The notes: generated from the sequence alone by a model not told the origin. Positions 18,517 to 29,102 are shown, numbered from the stretch's first letter. The stretch is 64,000 nucleotides of DNA from an uncultured Candidatus Bathyarchaeia archaeon (GCA_964427455.1 CAYRUY010000002.1:3474-67473); one strand, 5' to 3'. Program-made: numbers and translations.

Positions 18517-19019
18517 GGCGTTCTTTTGAGCAGAGCCGTTCTCAGCTCTCTACCTTTCGGGCAATCCACCCTTGCCAATAGCGAGAGCACCTGGCATCTG
18601 TCCCCGTTGAAGAGACCGACGGGATGACACTCTCGCGACGAGGGGCAACTCTGCATGTCGCACTCTTGCTGGTTGAAGAGGATGACCGCGCCCTCGATGG
18701 CTAAACGGACGGGAACAACCGCCTGGACAGTCGCCTCCTCGACCTCCACAGCTCTCACACCACCCTCATGCACAGCACAGGGGAAGACCTTCTGCCTCAG
18801 CGCAACGACGACGTAGATCCGGCCCTCCTGCAGCCTCCCCTGACAGAACCTGAGGAGATCGCAACCCAAACACTGTTTCGTTGGGCCAAGATGTACGAAA
18901 CGGAACCCAAGTTGGGCCTGCCTCAAGCCGCAGAGAGTTATCAAGGTTGGTCTCGCCCCGCAGGCTGACAGCGCGGGCAGCAAGAGACCTTCCGGGTACC
19001 TCTTCGACTCGTCCCGCAA
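18513..19019 (-). CDS. UPF0179-family protein
   Basis: ITL.G...A..G..F...G....C.GC.L...C...L..G..Y.V...R...FPC.VHEGGV.AVEV pattern. Confidence 0.8.
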   Translation of the reverse strand: MRDESKRYPEGLLLPALSACGARPTLITLCGLRQAQLGFRFVHLGPTKQCLGCDLLRFCQGRLQEGRIYVVVALRQKVFPCAVHEGGVRAVEVEEATVQAVVPVRLAIEGAVILFNQQECDMQSCPSSRECHPVGLFNGDRCQVLSLLARVDCPKGRELRTALLKRTP

Positions 19020-19102
19020 GGCACTTCGGGCCCATCGAAAGAGATCTGACCTAAGGCTGGCTGTTTCGGACAGACCTCCCCGATTTTTCTGGGCATGTTG
19101 CT

Positions 19103-20440
19103 TCAGTCCTTCCTCACAAGCTTTGCTATGAAGGATCCATAGCAGTTGTCACGGTGAGGATAGAGACGTCTGCACATCGTCAGTCCTCGGAGCCCGTGTG
19201 AGCCGAGGTCAGGCTTCAACTCTGCCAGTGTGAATCCAGGATAGTACCTCAGCAGTCTCTGGATGTTGACCTCGTTCTCCTCGACCGTTATCGTGCGAGT
19301 TGAGTACAGCAGCACACCGGACCTTCGGACTCGGCCAGCGCTGCTCTCTAGTATCTTCCACTGAGTCGATGCGTATCTTGAGACCGCCTCAGGCGAGCTC
19401 ATCCACTTAGCGTTTGGGTCTCGAGCCCAGGTGCCGATCCGAGAGCAGGGCGGGTCGACAACGACGATGTCGAACTCCGCATCTGAGGGCATGGCCTCCG
19501 TAGCATCCGCTACGACAACGATAGCGTTTCGCACCCCCATCCGCCTCATTTCATCCTTCCAAACTCCTGCTCTCTGCCTTGACAACTCCACGGAGCAGAT
19601 CACGCCTTTGTTATCCATCAGCTGCGCCATATGGGCGGTTTTGACTCCGGGAGCTGCACAGATGTCGAGTACGAGCGCATCTTCCGTCACGCCTGAGTTC
19701 TCGACCGCGTATGCTGTCGGCAAATCCTCTGTGGAGACTAGGCCTTCCTTGAAGACCTCCGTCCCGGTGACCGGCAGTTCACCCCGTGATAACCTGTAGA
19801 GTCCTCTGATCGAGGCAACCTCCGTGAGGTCAAACCCAGCTTGACCAAGCCGCTCAGATACGCTCTGAGGCGTCTGCTTCAACGAGTTAAGCCTGACGTA
19901 TGTCGGCGGGGAGGTTGAGAGGCTCCTCAGAAACGCCAGGGCTTCAGCTCTACCGAGAAGTCTAGAGGCGTAGATGACGAGCCACTCAGGAGCATATAGG
20001 CGCAGAGCCGTTCTCTCGACCTCGGGCAGACCTCTCAGGACTGAGGTCGCTTCAGTGTTGAGGATCTTACCAAGGTGCTGTTCGACAGGGTGGAGGGTGT
20101 TCCAGCCGAGGATCTCTCTTGCAGCCTTGACGTACTTCAAAGCGTTAATGTGCCTCCGCTGCCCGACTGCCGACTCGTGGACAAGTATCCTGAGAAAGGC
20201 TCTAACTCCCAACGGAAGCCCAGCATACTTGTCCCTTCCGACAGCCTCTTCCGCGACCCTGTCAAGGAGGTTGAGCCTTCTCATCGTCTCGAAGACCTGC
20301 CGGTACGCCATGCCTAGGGTTTCTCTGTCACTGACCTGCAGTTGCCTGGCTGCTTTCTGAAACGCCCCTTTTGCGCTCAGCTTCTCAAGCTCGATCCAGC
20401 TCAGAGCTTCAATGGCCACGGCCAAGGCGTCTCGAAGCAA
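19103..20440 (-). CDS. RsmB/NOL1/NOP2/Sun-family RNA m5C methyltransferase-like protein
   Basis: NusB-like N-terminus, DICAAPGVKT, VVDPPCS.IG. Motif VI reads YSTRT rather than YSTC. Confidence 0.88.
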   Translation of the reverse strand: MLRDALAVAIEALSWIELEKLSAKGAFQKAARQLQVSDRETLGMAYRQVFETMRRLNLLDRVAEEAVGRDKYAGLPLGVRAFLRILVHESAVGQRRHINALKYVKAAREILGWNTLHPVEQHLGKILNTEATSVLRGLPEVERTALRLYAPEWLVIYASRLLGRAEALAFLRSLSTSPPTYVRLNSLKQTPQSVSERLGQAGFDLTEVASIRGLYRLSRGELPVTGTEVFKEGLVSTEDLPTAYAVENSGVTEDALVLDICAAPGVKTAHMAQLMDNKGVICSVELSRQRAGVWKDEMRRMGVRNAIVVVADATEAMPSDAEFDIVVVDPPCSRIGTWARDPNAKWMSSPEAVSRYASTQWKILESSAGRVRRSGVLLYSTRTITVEENEVNIQRLLRYYPGFTLAELKPDLGSHGLRGLTMCRRLYPHRDNCYGSFIAKLVRKD

Positions 20441-20504
20441 TATAAGCTACCAGATACGAATCACCTGAACGAACACGATTAAGGTTTCTCTCAGGGGTGA
20501 CCGA

Positions 20505-23165
20505 GTGCCCGCGAAGACCCTTCAGGAGTACTCTGAGAAGACGGTTGAAGCAAACGCTGGAAAGGCCACTGAGACAAGCGGAAGTGTCGCCAAGCCCCTG
20601 AGCGTTCGAGCGATGCTGGAGCAGGCTACCCCTCGAGACCTCGACGAGTCTCTCCTCGTCTCGGCTTCCTACGACGGTGAGAGACAGAGAGCCGTCCTTA
20701 AGCTGTATAGGGAGAGGGACGAGACGATCCACCTCTGGTATGACGACACCGGTCACATGCCCTACTGCCTCTCAGACCTTGAGCCCGGTGAGCTGAGGAC
20801 GCTCCCTGACCTAGCCTCCCACCCGGGCCTTGAGCGACTCGAACAGGTGAAGAAGTACGAGCCCCTAGGAGACGAAGAGAGGGTTTACACAAAGATTGTG
20901 GCCAAAGACCCTTTGTCCATAGGCGGCAGGCCGTCAGGCTCGATAAGAGACATCATACCGAAGGCGTGGGAGGCCGACATTCGATACTACGAGTGCTACA
21001 TCTTCGACCGGGACCTGAAGGTGGGCATGCCCCATTCCATCCAAGACAGTCACCTGAGGGAGTTACCGTACCGAGTGTCAAGGGAAGTCGCAGACTCGAT
21101 AGAGGAGCTTTTCGGCAAGGAGCCCACCGAAGTCCAGGAGCATCTCACGCGATGGGTTAGCCTCCTTGAATGCCCCGTACCCGACTACCGCCGGATCGCG
21201 CTCGACATCGAGGTCGGTTCTCCCGTTGCCACGAGGATGCCGAGCGCCGAGCAGGCGGAAGACCCCGTCATCGCAGTTGGGCTCGTTGACCACAAAGACC
21301 GAGAACAGATCTTTCTTCTAAGGCGGGAGGGCATCGAACTAGGGCAACTCCCAGAGGGTGCTCAGGTCAGGTTCTTCGAGGACGAGAGAGGCCTCCTCGA
21401 AGCGACCTTCGCCGTGATCGCTGAGTATCCTTTCGTCATCACGTTCAACGGTGACGATTTTGACCTCCGGTATCTCTATCATAGAGCCGAGCGTCTCGGT
21501 CTGTTGAGGGACCAGATTCCCATTGAGCTGACGAGAGACGCGGCCAGTCTGAGCTTGGGAGTCCACGTAGACCTCTACAAGTTCTTCTTCAACAGGTCAA
21601 TCCAAGTCTACGCTTTCGGCCAGAGATACAGAGAGATAACGTTGGAAGATATAGGTGACTCACTTCTCGGTGCTGGGAAGCTCAAGATCGAAGGCTCTTT
21701 CACAGAGCTATCGTATGGCGCTTTGGCAGATTACTGCCTGAGAGACGCAGAGATAACCATGCACTTGACGAAGCTGGAGCACGGCTTGGTGCTGAAGCTG
21801 AGCACAGTGCTGGCGAGGATCAGCCGAACCCCCATCGACGACCTGACCCGGCAGGGGGTTTCAGGCTGGATAAGGAACATGTTAAGGTACGAGCATCGGC
21901 GCCGGAACTGGCTCATACCTCGGCCTGAGGATATCTTGGAGACGAAGGGCGCTGCCGCAACGAAAGCTATCATCGATGGCAAGAAGTACCGGGGAGCTGA
22001 GGTGATCTCGCCTGAAGCAGGCGTCCACTTCGATGTTCCCGTTCTTGACTTCCAGTCGATGTATCCGTCGATCATCAGTCGATACAACCTGAGCTATGAG
22101 ACGGTTAGATGCCCACACCCTGAGTGCAAGACGAACAAGGTTCCAGACACCCCTCACTGGGTCTGTATCAAGAAGAGGGGCATCTCAAGCCTAGTCATAG
22201 GCTCGTTGCGCGACCTGAGGGTGAAATGGTACAAGCCCAAGTCCAAGGACAAGCACCTGCCCAAGACGACTGTGGACTGGTACAATACGATCCAGAACAG
22301 CCTCAAGGTGTTGTTGAACGCCTCATACGGGGTCTTCGGGTCTGAGGCTTTCTTCCTCTACTGCCCACCTGTTGCTGAAGCCACAGCTTCGATAGGGAGG
22401 TACGCCATAACGCAGACCATCGAGAAGGCGCGTGCAACCGGGATGAAGGTCGTCTACGGGGACACGGACTCCATCTTCTTGGAGGCTCCCAGCCAGGGCC
22501 AAGTGCAGAAGCTGATCGCGTGGTCGGAGCAAACGCTCGGCATGGAGCTCGACATAGACAAGGTCTACCGATACGCGGTCTTCAGCGCGAGGAAGAAGAA
22601 CTACCTAGGAGTTTACCCTGATGGAAGCGTAGACATTAAGGGCTTGACAGGGAAGAAGAGGAACACGCCGGAGTTCCTCAAGAAGGCCTTCTTCGAGATG
22701 ATCAGAATCCTGAGCGGCGTGAGTTCACCGGACGATTTCGAAAAGGCAAAGGAGAGGATACAGGAGCTCGTGAAGTCCTCCTACACGAAGCTGAGGAGAC
22801 GTGAATACTCGCTTGAGGACCTTGCCTTCAACGTGATGATAAGCCGCGCGCCCAGCAGGTACACGAAGACAACCCCACAACACGTGAAGGCAGCGCAGCA
22901 GCTGCAGAAGGCAGGCCGCGAAGTCATGCCCGGCGACGTGATCTCCTACGTGAAGGTGGCGGGTTCCGTAGGCGTAAAGCCGATTCAGCTGGCAAGAATC
23001 GACGAGGTGGATGTCGGGAAGTACGCTGAGTACGTCAACGGCACTTTCGAGCAGGTCTTAGACGCGTTAGACATCGATGTAGGCCAGGTAGCTGGAGCCC
23101 CACGCCTTGACCTCTTCATGCCTAGCTCGGCAAGCAGACCTGCCTCAAACCGACAGCTGGGCTAG
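20505..23165 (+). CDS. polB1: Family B DNA polymerase, PolB1 type
   Basis: DIEV, FNGDDFD, YCLRD exonuclease motifs; DFQSMYPS, KVLLNASYGVFG, YGDTDS, KKNY, KGLTGKK polymerase motifs. Confidence 0.95.
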   Translation: MPAKTLQEYSEKTVEANAGKATETSGSVAKPLSVRAMLEQATPRDLDESLLVSASYDGERQRAVLKLYRERDETIHLWYDDTGHMPYCLSDLEPGELRTLPDLASHPGLERLEQVKKYEPLGDEERVYTKIVAKDPLSIGGRPSGSIRDIIPKAWEADIRYYECYIFDRDLKVGMPHSIQDSHLRELPYRVSREVADSIEELFGKEPTEVQEHLTRWVSLLECPVPDYRRIALDIEVGSPVATRMPSAEQAEDPVIAVGLVDHKDREQIFLLRREGIELGQLPEGAQVRFFEDERGLLEATFAVIAEYPFVITFNGDDFDLRYLYHRAERLGLLRDQIPIELTRDAASLSLGVHVDLYKFFFNRSIQVYAFGQRYREITLEDIGDSLLGAGKLKIEGSFTELSYGALADYCLRDAEITMHLTKLEHGLVLKLSTVLARISRTPIDDLTRQGVSGWIRNMLRYEHRRRNWLIPRPEDILETKGAAATKAIIDGKKYRGAEVISPEAGVHFDVPVLDFQSMYPSIISRYNLSYETVRCPHPECKTNKVPDTPHWVCIKKRGISSLVIGSLRDLRVKWYKPKSKDKHLPKTTVDWYNTIQNSLKVLLNASYGVFGSEAFFLYCPPVAEATASIGRYAITQTIEKARATGMKVVYGDTDSIFLEAPSQGQVQKLIAWSEQTLGMELDIDKVYRYAVFSARKKNYLGVYPDGSVDIKGLTGKKRNTPEFLKKAFFEMIRILSGVSSPDDFEKAKERIQELVKSSYTKLRRREYSLEDLAFNVMISRAPSRYTKTTPQHVKAAQQLQKAGREVMPGDVISYVKVAGSVGVKPIQLARIDEVDVGKYAEYVNGTFEQVLDALDIDVGQVAGAPRLDLFMPSSASRPASNRQLG

Positions 23166-23198
23166 ACGAACCGATGCTGGCTTGGGGAGGTCGGGTCT

Positions 23199-23828
23199 CT
23201 GAAAGTCGAGGAACTTGCAGACAAGTACGGTGAACTCTACTCCGAGGCTTTGGGCATTAAGCTACAGAATGGCGCGAAGGAGGAGGTTGTGAAGTGGTTC
23301 CTAGCCGCCATTCTCTATGCGAAGCCCATCAGGGAGTCCACCGCTACGAAGACATACAGGTGCTTCGAGAGCCGAGGCATCGTTACAGCCGCGAGGATAC
23401 TCGAGACCGGCTGGGACGGCCTCGTAGCCCTACTTGACGAGGGAGGCTATACCCGCTACGATTTCAGCACTGCCGACAAGCTCCTGCGGGTCTTTCAGTC
23501 CCTCGAGGCGGAGTACGGAGGCGACCTGAACCTCCTCCATGAAACGGCCTCGGATTCTGCCGACCTTGAGAAGAGGCTCAAGGCCCTGGGCGAGGGAATC
23601 GGTGACGTTACGGTCTCGGTATTCCTCAGAGACCTGAGAGGAGTCTGGGCGAAAGCGAACCCCAGACCCACACCTCTGGTGCAGAGGGCCCTGAAGAGGC
23701 TGGGAACCGCTGACATCGAGACGTTCGCCGCAAGACATGGCCTTGCCGCGGCGCGGCTGGAGACCGCGCTTGTGAGGCTCGAGAAGGACCTGATTAGGAA
23801 AGACCCATCGCTTCAGGTGAGTGTCTGA
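23199..23828 (+). CDS. HhH/endonuclease III-like helical protein (conserved hypothetical)
   Basis: KWFLAAIL...GWDGLVALLDEGGYTRYDF...GIGDVTVSVFLRDLR. Frame is open upstream of TTG 23250 to CTG 23199, which has GGAGGT 7 nt upstream. Confidence 0.7.
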   Translation: MKVEELADKYGELYSEALGIKLQNGAKEEVVKWFLAAILYAKPIRESTATKTYRCFESRGIVTAARILETGWDGLVALLDEGGYTRYDFSTADKLLRVFQSLEAEYGGDLNLLHETASDSADLEKRLKALGEGIGDVTVSVFLRDLRGVWAKANPRPTPLVQRALKRLGTADIETFAARHGLAAARLETALVRLEKDLIRKDPSLQVSV

Positions 23829-23900
23829 GGCCTGCCCGATTGAGATGACCAAGGAAACGTTTATGAAGCCTAGGCGGCCGGACCCATATGGAGAACAGCT

Positions 23901-24899
23901 GTGTCCTCACCTGGTCTGCTCCCGGAAGTTGAGGAGGCTGGGCGCAAGATAAGAAGCATGGAGATCCGAGGCGCCACAAGGATTGCCCAGACGGCTGTCC
24001 AATGCCTTCAACTCACCGCGACCAAGAGCTCCGGGTCGAGTACCGCAGAGCTTGTCTCTGAGATGGACTACGCGGCAAGGTATCTCCTAACAACCAGACC
24101 GACCGCTGTGTCACTGCCGAACAGCATAAGGTACGTCATGTACAGGGCTCTGAAGGCTCAGCGCCAGGCCATGCCGCTAGAGGAGGCGCGGAAAGTGATC
24201 CTCGCAGCGTGCGAAGCCTTCCTCACCAACACTAGGGACGCGGTGGCCAGGATCGCTGAGATCGGGGCGCGCAGGATAAACGAAGGCGACACTGTACTGA
24301 CGCATTGCCACAGCACCGCAGTGATCTCGATCCTGAAGAGAGCAAAGGACGAGGGCAAGAAGGTCGAGGTTTACGCTACGGAGACCAGGCCACTTTACCA
24401 AGGTCGGATAGTCGCTGAGGCGCTCGACAGCTACGGCATCCCGGTCACTTTGATAGTCGACGGCGCGGCGAGACACTTCATGAAGAGGATCGACAAGGTC
24501 ATAGTGGGAGCCGACGCGGTTGCAGCCAACGGCGCAGTGGTCAACAAGATCGGAACGTCGATGGTAGCTCTCGCAGCCCACGAGTCAAGAACATTGTTCT
24601 TCGTTGCAGCCGAGACCTACAAGTTCAGCCCTGAGACGATCATCGGCGAGCTGGTAAAGATCGAGGAGAGGCCCTCTGATGAGGTCGTTCCACCGGAGAC
24701 GAGGGGGAAGTGGCGGAACGTGCAGGTCCGTAATCCCTCGTTCGACGTGACCCCCCCGGATTACATTGACCTCATCATCACCGAGAGGGGAATAATCCCG
24801 CCTCAGGCAGCGCTAACGATCCTTCAGCAGGAGCTCGGGGAGATACCGATCGAGGAACAGCAGAGGTACAGCACCTACCTGGCCGGCGACTTTGAGTAG
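23901..24899 (+). CDS. Ribose 1,5-bisphosphate isomerase (eIF-2B family)
   Basis: MEIRGA, TRPTAVSL, LTHCHS (catalytic Cys), ETRP..QG, VGADAV (catalytic Asp), NKIGT, NPSFDVTP. Confidence 0.9.
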   Translation: MSSPGLLPEVEEAGRKIRSMEIRGATRIAQTAVQCLQLTATKSSGSSTAELVSEMDYAARYLLTTRPTAVSLPNSIRYVMYRALKAQRQAMPLEEARKVILAACEAFLTNTRDAVARIAEIGARRINEGDTVLTHCHSTAVISILKRAKDEGKKVEVYATETRPLYQGRIVAEALDSYGIPVTLIVDGAARHFMKRIDKVIVGADAVAANGAVVNKIGTSMVALAAHESRTLFFVAAETYKFSPETIIGELVKIEERPSDEVVPPETRGKWRNVQVRNPSFDVTPPDYIDLIITERGIIPPQAALTILQQELGEIPIEEQQRYSTYLAGDFE

Positions 24900-25127
24900 C
24901 CCAAAACGGCTCGCCAGTCCGCGTGAGCGCAGACCTGATCATCGGCAGTGACTGTGTGCAGCGCCTCGAGGCGTTCGGAAAAGACACCTCCAGGCAAGGT
25001 CTCGATGCCGCCAGCCTCTCGTCAGCCGGGGAAACTGGGCCTCTTAGGTAGACGAGTTGTGTTTCCCTGAAGCAAGGTTTGGACCTAGGAAGCGTAGACG
25101 ACACGAACTGTCCAGCATTCCCTACGC

Positions 25128-27056
25128 TTATCTGCCCCACGGCACGAAGGTTACCCTTCGGCTAAGCTCGACAGGAACATAGGAAGGTCTGAAGGGCATA
25201 TCCTTACACTTGCTTCTAGTCTCCTCTATGAGTTCAAACAAGATCATGTTTTGGCGGAACTCCTCCTTGATGCTCGATCTCTCCCTTATGACCACGGGAA
25301 GGGTTTCGCCCTGCATCTCCTTGTCTCCTACCACAATGATGTATGGAACCCAGCTTGTCTTGGCTTCCATAACCCTCCTAGACACCGAGAGGTTTCTGTC
25401 GTCCAAGGATACACGGGTCTTTTCCCGACTCAGTTTCTCGGAGATCTCCCTGCATTTCTCCAGATGTCTCTCAGCCACGGGGATCAGCCTTATCTGGTCT
25501 GGGGAAAGCCAAAGGGGCAGCATAGGAGCCCTACCCCTCTCCTCGTCCTTCGCCGCTGTTTCGAGGATAGCGTACAGGGTCCTCTCAATACTGCCGAAGG
25601 ATGAGGCGTGGAGTATGATGCATGGATGCTTCTTCCCATCCTCGCCTACGTAGCCGATCCCAAACCTTTCCCCATTCTTCACATCATACTGTACGGTTGA
25701 GACCTGGACGTTGGCTTCGTCAGCGCCTATGGCTTGGTACTCGTTCTTAATGGCGTAGTAATGGGTCATCTCTGAGGTTAGCTTGAAGAACGCTGGAACA
25801 CCCATCTTAACGCCTAGGCCTTTCAACCACTCCTTACGAGGCTCATAGAACGATTCAACACCTTCCCATCCGAGAACCCAGTTCCCCTTAGCGATCACGT
25901 TATCCATCAAGTCCTTGAACATGAGGCAGAGCCGCTCGAACTCTTCCCTAGCCTGCTCCTCATCGCCGCAGAAGCAGTGCTGGTCTGTCATGGTGAAATG
26001 TCTCAGCCTCCTCAGCCCGACCAATTCGCCGCTGAGTTCCCTTCTGAAACATGGGACTTCCTCGTAGACCTTCACTGGAAGATGCCTATAGCTGAAGCCT
26101 GCCTTCTGCATGTACGGGAAAGCGCCTGGGTCTGATGAGAACCGCAGAACGAAGGCCTCGTTCTCAAACTCCATCCCATAGTCTCTTTCATGGAACTCCC
26201 CCATGAGTTCCCTTATCTCCTTCACGCTTTGACGATATATGAGAGGGTTCTGGATCTTCATCGCGCCCCAAGGCATGGCAACGTTGTATAGGGCATAGTC
26301 CTTGATGAGGTCGAAGATCAGGACGCCGTTCGGGTAAAGCTTGAAATTCCCAACGTCGCTTTCAGGGCAGTAGTCGATAAGCTCAAGCTTCCTCATGTAG
26401 TCAATGTGCTTAGGGCTTCCCTTAGGTGGGTTCCCCTCTAGCTCATTCCTAACGAATGTCCATAAGAGCTTGAACACATGACCAGGCTTGGCGAAGATGG
26501 GGCAATCTCTCCAGTTCTGGGGGGTAACCTCATACTCCTCTCCGTCCACGCCTAGGAGGATGAACCGCGTAAACCTCCCAGCCCCCTCGGCTTTCCCAAC
26601 CTCCTCCCGTTTAAGCTTCAACTCCTCGGCCTCAGGGGTGACCGACCTTGAAAGCTCAGACAGGGGATGGCCTTTGCACGCGACCGTGAAGGCTTTGTAC
26701 CATCCGAAGGGGCTGCGATGGGCATCGATCCCGCTTGCCTTCAACCCCTCTTCTACGGCTTTCAGGATGGAAAGGGAGGCGCTAGGCGATGCTAGATGAG
26801 AGGAGAGATGAGCGTACGGGTAGATCACCACCTTTCGGGCGCCAAGCCTACCGACGACATCCAACACGTTCTCAACAGCCTGTCCTGCGACCTCCCCGGG
26901 CGATCGCTCATCAGGCTCCTCTACTGTTGTGAAAACAACGAGCACCTCTTGGAAGGAGGATTCTCTCTCAGCGCCCTCCAGGGGCTCGGGGTTCTCGATG
27001 GCCTTGCTCACAACCTTGTATTGGAACCTGTCAGCGTGGATGAAGAGAAGTCGCAC
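25128..27056 (-). CDS. thrS: Threonyl-tRNA synthetase, archaeal type
   Basis: MRLLFIHAD...YPYAHLSS editing domain, FRRELSGEL.GL.RLRHFTMTDQH, ILHASSFGSIER, PLWLSP.QIRLIPV. Confidence 0.95.
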   Translation of the reverse strand: MRLLFIHADRFQYKVVSKAIENPEPLEGAERESSFQEVLVVFTTVEEPDERSPGEVAGQAVENVLDVVGRLGARKVVIYPYAHLSSHLASPSASLSILKAVEEGLKASGIDAHRSPFGWYKAFTVACKGHPLSELSRSVTPEAEELKLKREEVGKAEGAGRFTRFILLGVDGEEYEVTPQNWRDCPIFAKPGHVFKLLWTFVRNELEGNPPKGSPKHIDYMRKLELIDYCPESDVGNFKLYPNGVLIFDLIKDYALYNVAMPWGAMKIQNPLIYRQSVKEIRELMGEFHERDYGMEFENEAFVLRFSSDPGAFPYMQKAGFSYRHLPVKVYEEVPCFRRELSGELVGLRRLRHFTMTDQHCFCGDEEQAREEFERLCLMFKDLMDNVIAKGNWVLGWEGVESFYEPRKEWLKGLGVKMGVPAFFKLTSEMTHYYAIKNEYQAIGADEANVQVSTVQYDVKNGERFGIGYVGEDGKKHPCIILHASSFGSIERTLYAILETAAKDEERGRAPMLPLWLSPDQIRLIPVAERHLEKCREISEKLSREKTRVSLDDRNLSVSRRVMEAKTSWVPYIIVVGDKEMQGETLPVVIRERSSIKEEFRQNMILFELIEETRSKCKDMPFRPSYVPVELSRRVTFVPWGR

Positions 27057-27265
27057 CTAGACTCACGCTCTCACTCTTGGTTCCGGCGAGTCGATCGCCG
27101 CACAGGGCTGGAGACGGCATCGCCTCTCTTCGATGCTATGGGGCTTTCCGACGCAACAGACGGCCTCTACGGTCATTCAAAGAGCCACCTGATCGACAAC
27201 CGAGGCGTGAAACGATGAACTGACAACCGGGGCGAGGTCTAGGCAGGGCTCTGTGGGCGGGTCGG

Positions 27266-28012
27266 CTATTCCTTGATCGGAATGGGGCCCGCCTCCTCGC
27301 CGAGCTTCACCATGACGTCAATCCTCTTCTCGATCCTGTCCACCTTTCCATCGCGGATCCAGAAGATCCTGTCGGACACATCGATCATCTTCAGGTCATG
27401 TGTCGCTGTTACGATGGTTACGCCCTTCTCCTGGTTGAGTTGACGAAGTAAGGTTATGACATCGAGCCCCGTGTGCAGGTCAAGGTTGCCCGTCGGCTCG
27501 TCCGCAAGGACGATCACCGGGTCATTCGCCAAAGACCGTGCGATCGCGACCCGCTGTTGCTGTCCTCCCGAGAGCTCAGCGGGCTTATGGTTAAGTCTGT
27601 CCCCTAGCCCCACCCTGCTGAGTATGTCTGCGGCCTTTCTCACTCGCTCCTCCCTGGGAACGCCTGCGAAGATCATTGGAAGGGAAACGTTCTCGTGAGC
27701 CGTGAGGACCGGGATCAGGTTGAAGGTCTGGAAGATGTAGCCGATCTTTCGACACCTCAGCCAGGCTAACTCGTAGGCGTCGAGCTTCGATATGTCAACC
27801 TCGTCGATGTAGATCTTGCCGCGCGTGGGTCTGTCCAAGCCGCCGATCATGTTGAACAATGTTGTCTTGCCGCTGCCACTAGGACCCATTATTGAGAGGT
27901 ATTCCCCGCGTCTAACCCTCATCGATATGCCGTCAAGAGCCTTAACGGTGATCTCGCCCATCTGATAGTACTTCGCGAGGTCCTCCGTCTCGACAGTGTA
28001 CTCGTATCTCAC
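27266..28012 (-). CDS. ABC transporter ATP-binding protein (LolD/MacB-like)
   Basis: [34 protein letters not shown]-loop. Confidence 0.93.
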   Translation of the reverse strand: MRYEYTVETEDLAKYYQMGEITVKALDGISMRVRRGEYLSIMGPSGSGKTTLFNMIGGLDRPTRGKIYIDEVDISKLDAYELAWLRCRKIGYIFQTFNLIPVLTAHENVSLPMIFAGVPREERVRKAADILSRVGLGDRLNHKPAELSGGQQQRVAIARSLANDPVIVLADEPTGNLDLHTGLDVITLLRQLNQEKGVTIVTATHDLKMIDVSDRIFWIRDGKVDRIEKRIDVMVKLGEEAGPIPIKE

Positions 28013-28167
28013 TGCTCCCTACTCCCAGTCTTAGTGCCCGTTCCGGCCGGATAGTAGGCTAACATGGGCACGGAGACGATAAAAAGGTAGCGGTTCCAAC
28101 GCTGCGAGGCCACGTTTCTGTTCTCTCGTTGTTCTTGACCTGCGTTCGCCATGGTTCAACCACGGCG

Positions 28168-28767
28168 CTAGACCTCGTATCGCAGGGCGTCGGCTGGGTC
28201 AAGGCTTGCAGCATGATAAGCCGGATAGAGTGTCGCCCCGAGGCTGAGAACTATCGCGATAAGGACAGCCTGACCTATCGTAACCAAATAGCTTTGAAGG
28301 AGAGCCCCGGCGAGGAGATTCACTTCGTACTGAAAGAGCGAGACGGCGAGCCCCACCCCCCAGCCTGCTACAGCGCCGAGGCCGCCTCCTATGAGCCCAA
28401 GGATTGTGGATTCAGCCAGGAATATGGCGAGTATGTGGCCATCCATAGCGCCCAAGCACTTCATCGTGCCAATCTCCTTGGTTCTCTCCGTCACGGCCAT
28501 GAGCATGGAGTTCAGGATACCGACTGCGCAGAGCACTAGGGAGATTATGGCCATCCACAGCTGGTAGGCCTGAGTCTCCGGCGATCCTCCTCTAGCGAAA
28601 CCTAGTATGTCCGCTGAAGTCTTTAGCGCAGCGAAGAATGCTACTCCAAGCACCACCGATATGGCGGTGATCAGCGCCCTCGTGAACCTCTTTCTGATGC
28701 TTTCGACACTGAACCTCAATGCCTCACTGACCGGGAACCTGACTTCCTTTACTGGACCGAGGGCCAA
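28168..28767 (-). CDS. FtsX/MacB-like ABC permease, short form
   Basis: Four hydrophobic segments, ERTKEIGTMKCLGA, PAYHAASLDPADALRYE. Confidence 0.88.
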   Translation of the reverse strand: MALGPVKEVRFPVSEALRFSVESIRKRFTRALITAISVVLGVAFFAALKTSADILGFARGGSPETQAYQLWMAIISLVLCAVGILNSMLMAVTERTKEIGTMKCLGAMDGHILAIFLAESTILGLIGGGLGAVAGWGVGLAVSLFQYEVNLLAGALLQSYLVTIGQAVLIAIVLSLGATLYPAYHAASLDPADALRYEV

Positions 28768-28955
28768 ACCTCACCACGGCGCGACGTATCACCCTCAACA
28801 GCTTATAAAGGTGCTGTCCACGTACCGGCTTGCTTGATCCCGCTCCAACAGCGAGTGCGAAAGGTCTCTACGAAACCGCGAGCTCGATGCGCAGCGCCCA
28901 TGTAGGAGTCCAGTTATCCCTTAAATACCAGCCAGTCGGGTAGATTGCCGTTAGA

Positions 28956-29102
28956 ATGGTTGGCGAGGACCGATTGCCTGAGGGCATTTTCGACCTGATA
29001 GGGCTTGTGGTTTGGATACTCGTGATCGTCGCGGGATTACTCGCCTTCCTGTACCCGTTCCTCGAAGAAGCCGGCGAGGAATCTGGGAGAGAGAAGGCGT
29101 AG
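28956..29102 (+). CDS. Small (48 aa) single-pass membrane protein
   Basis: My translation: MVGEDRLPEGIFDLIGLVVWILVIVAGLLAFLYPFLEEAGEESGREKA. TTAAATA box at 28921-28927. Confidence 0.55.
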   Translation: MVGEDRLPEGIFDLIGLVVWILVIVAGLLAFLYPFLEEAGEESGREKA

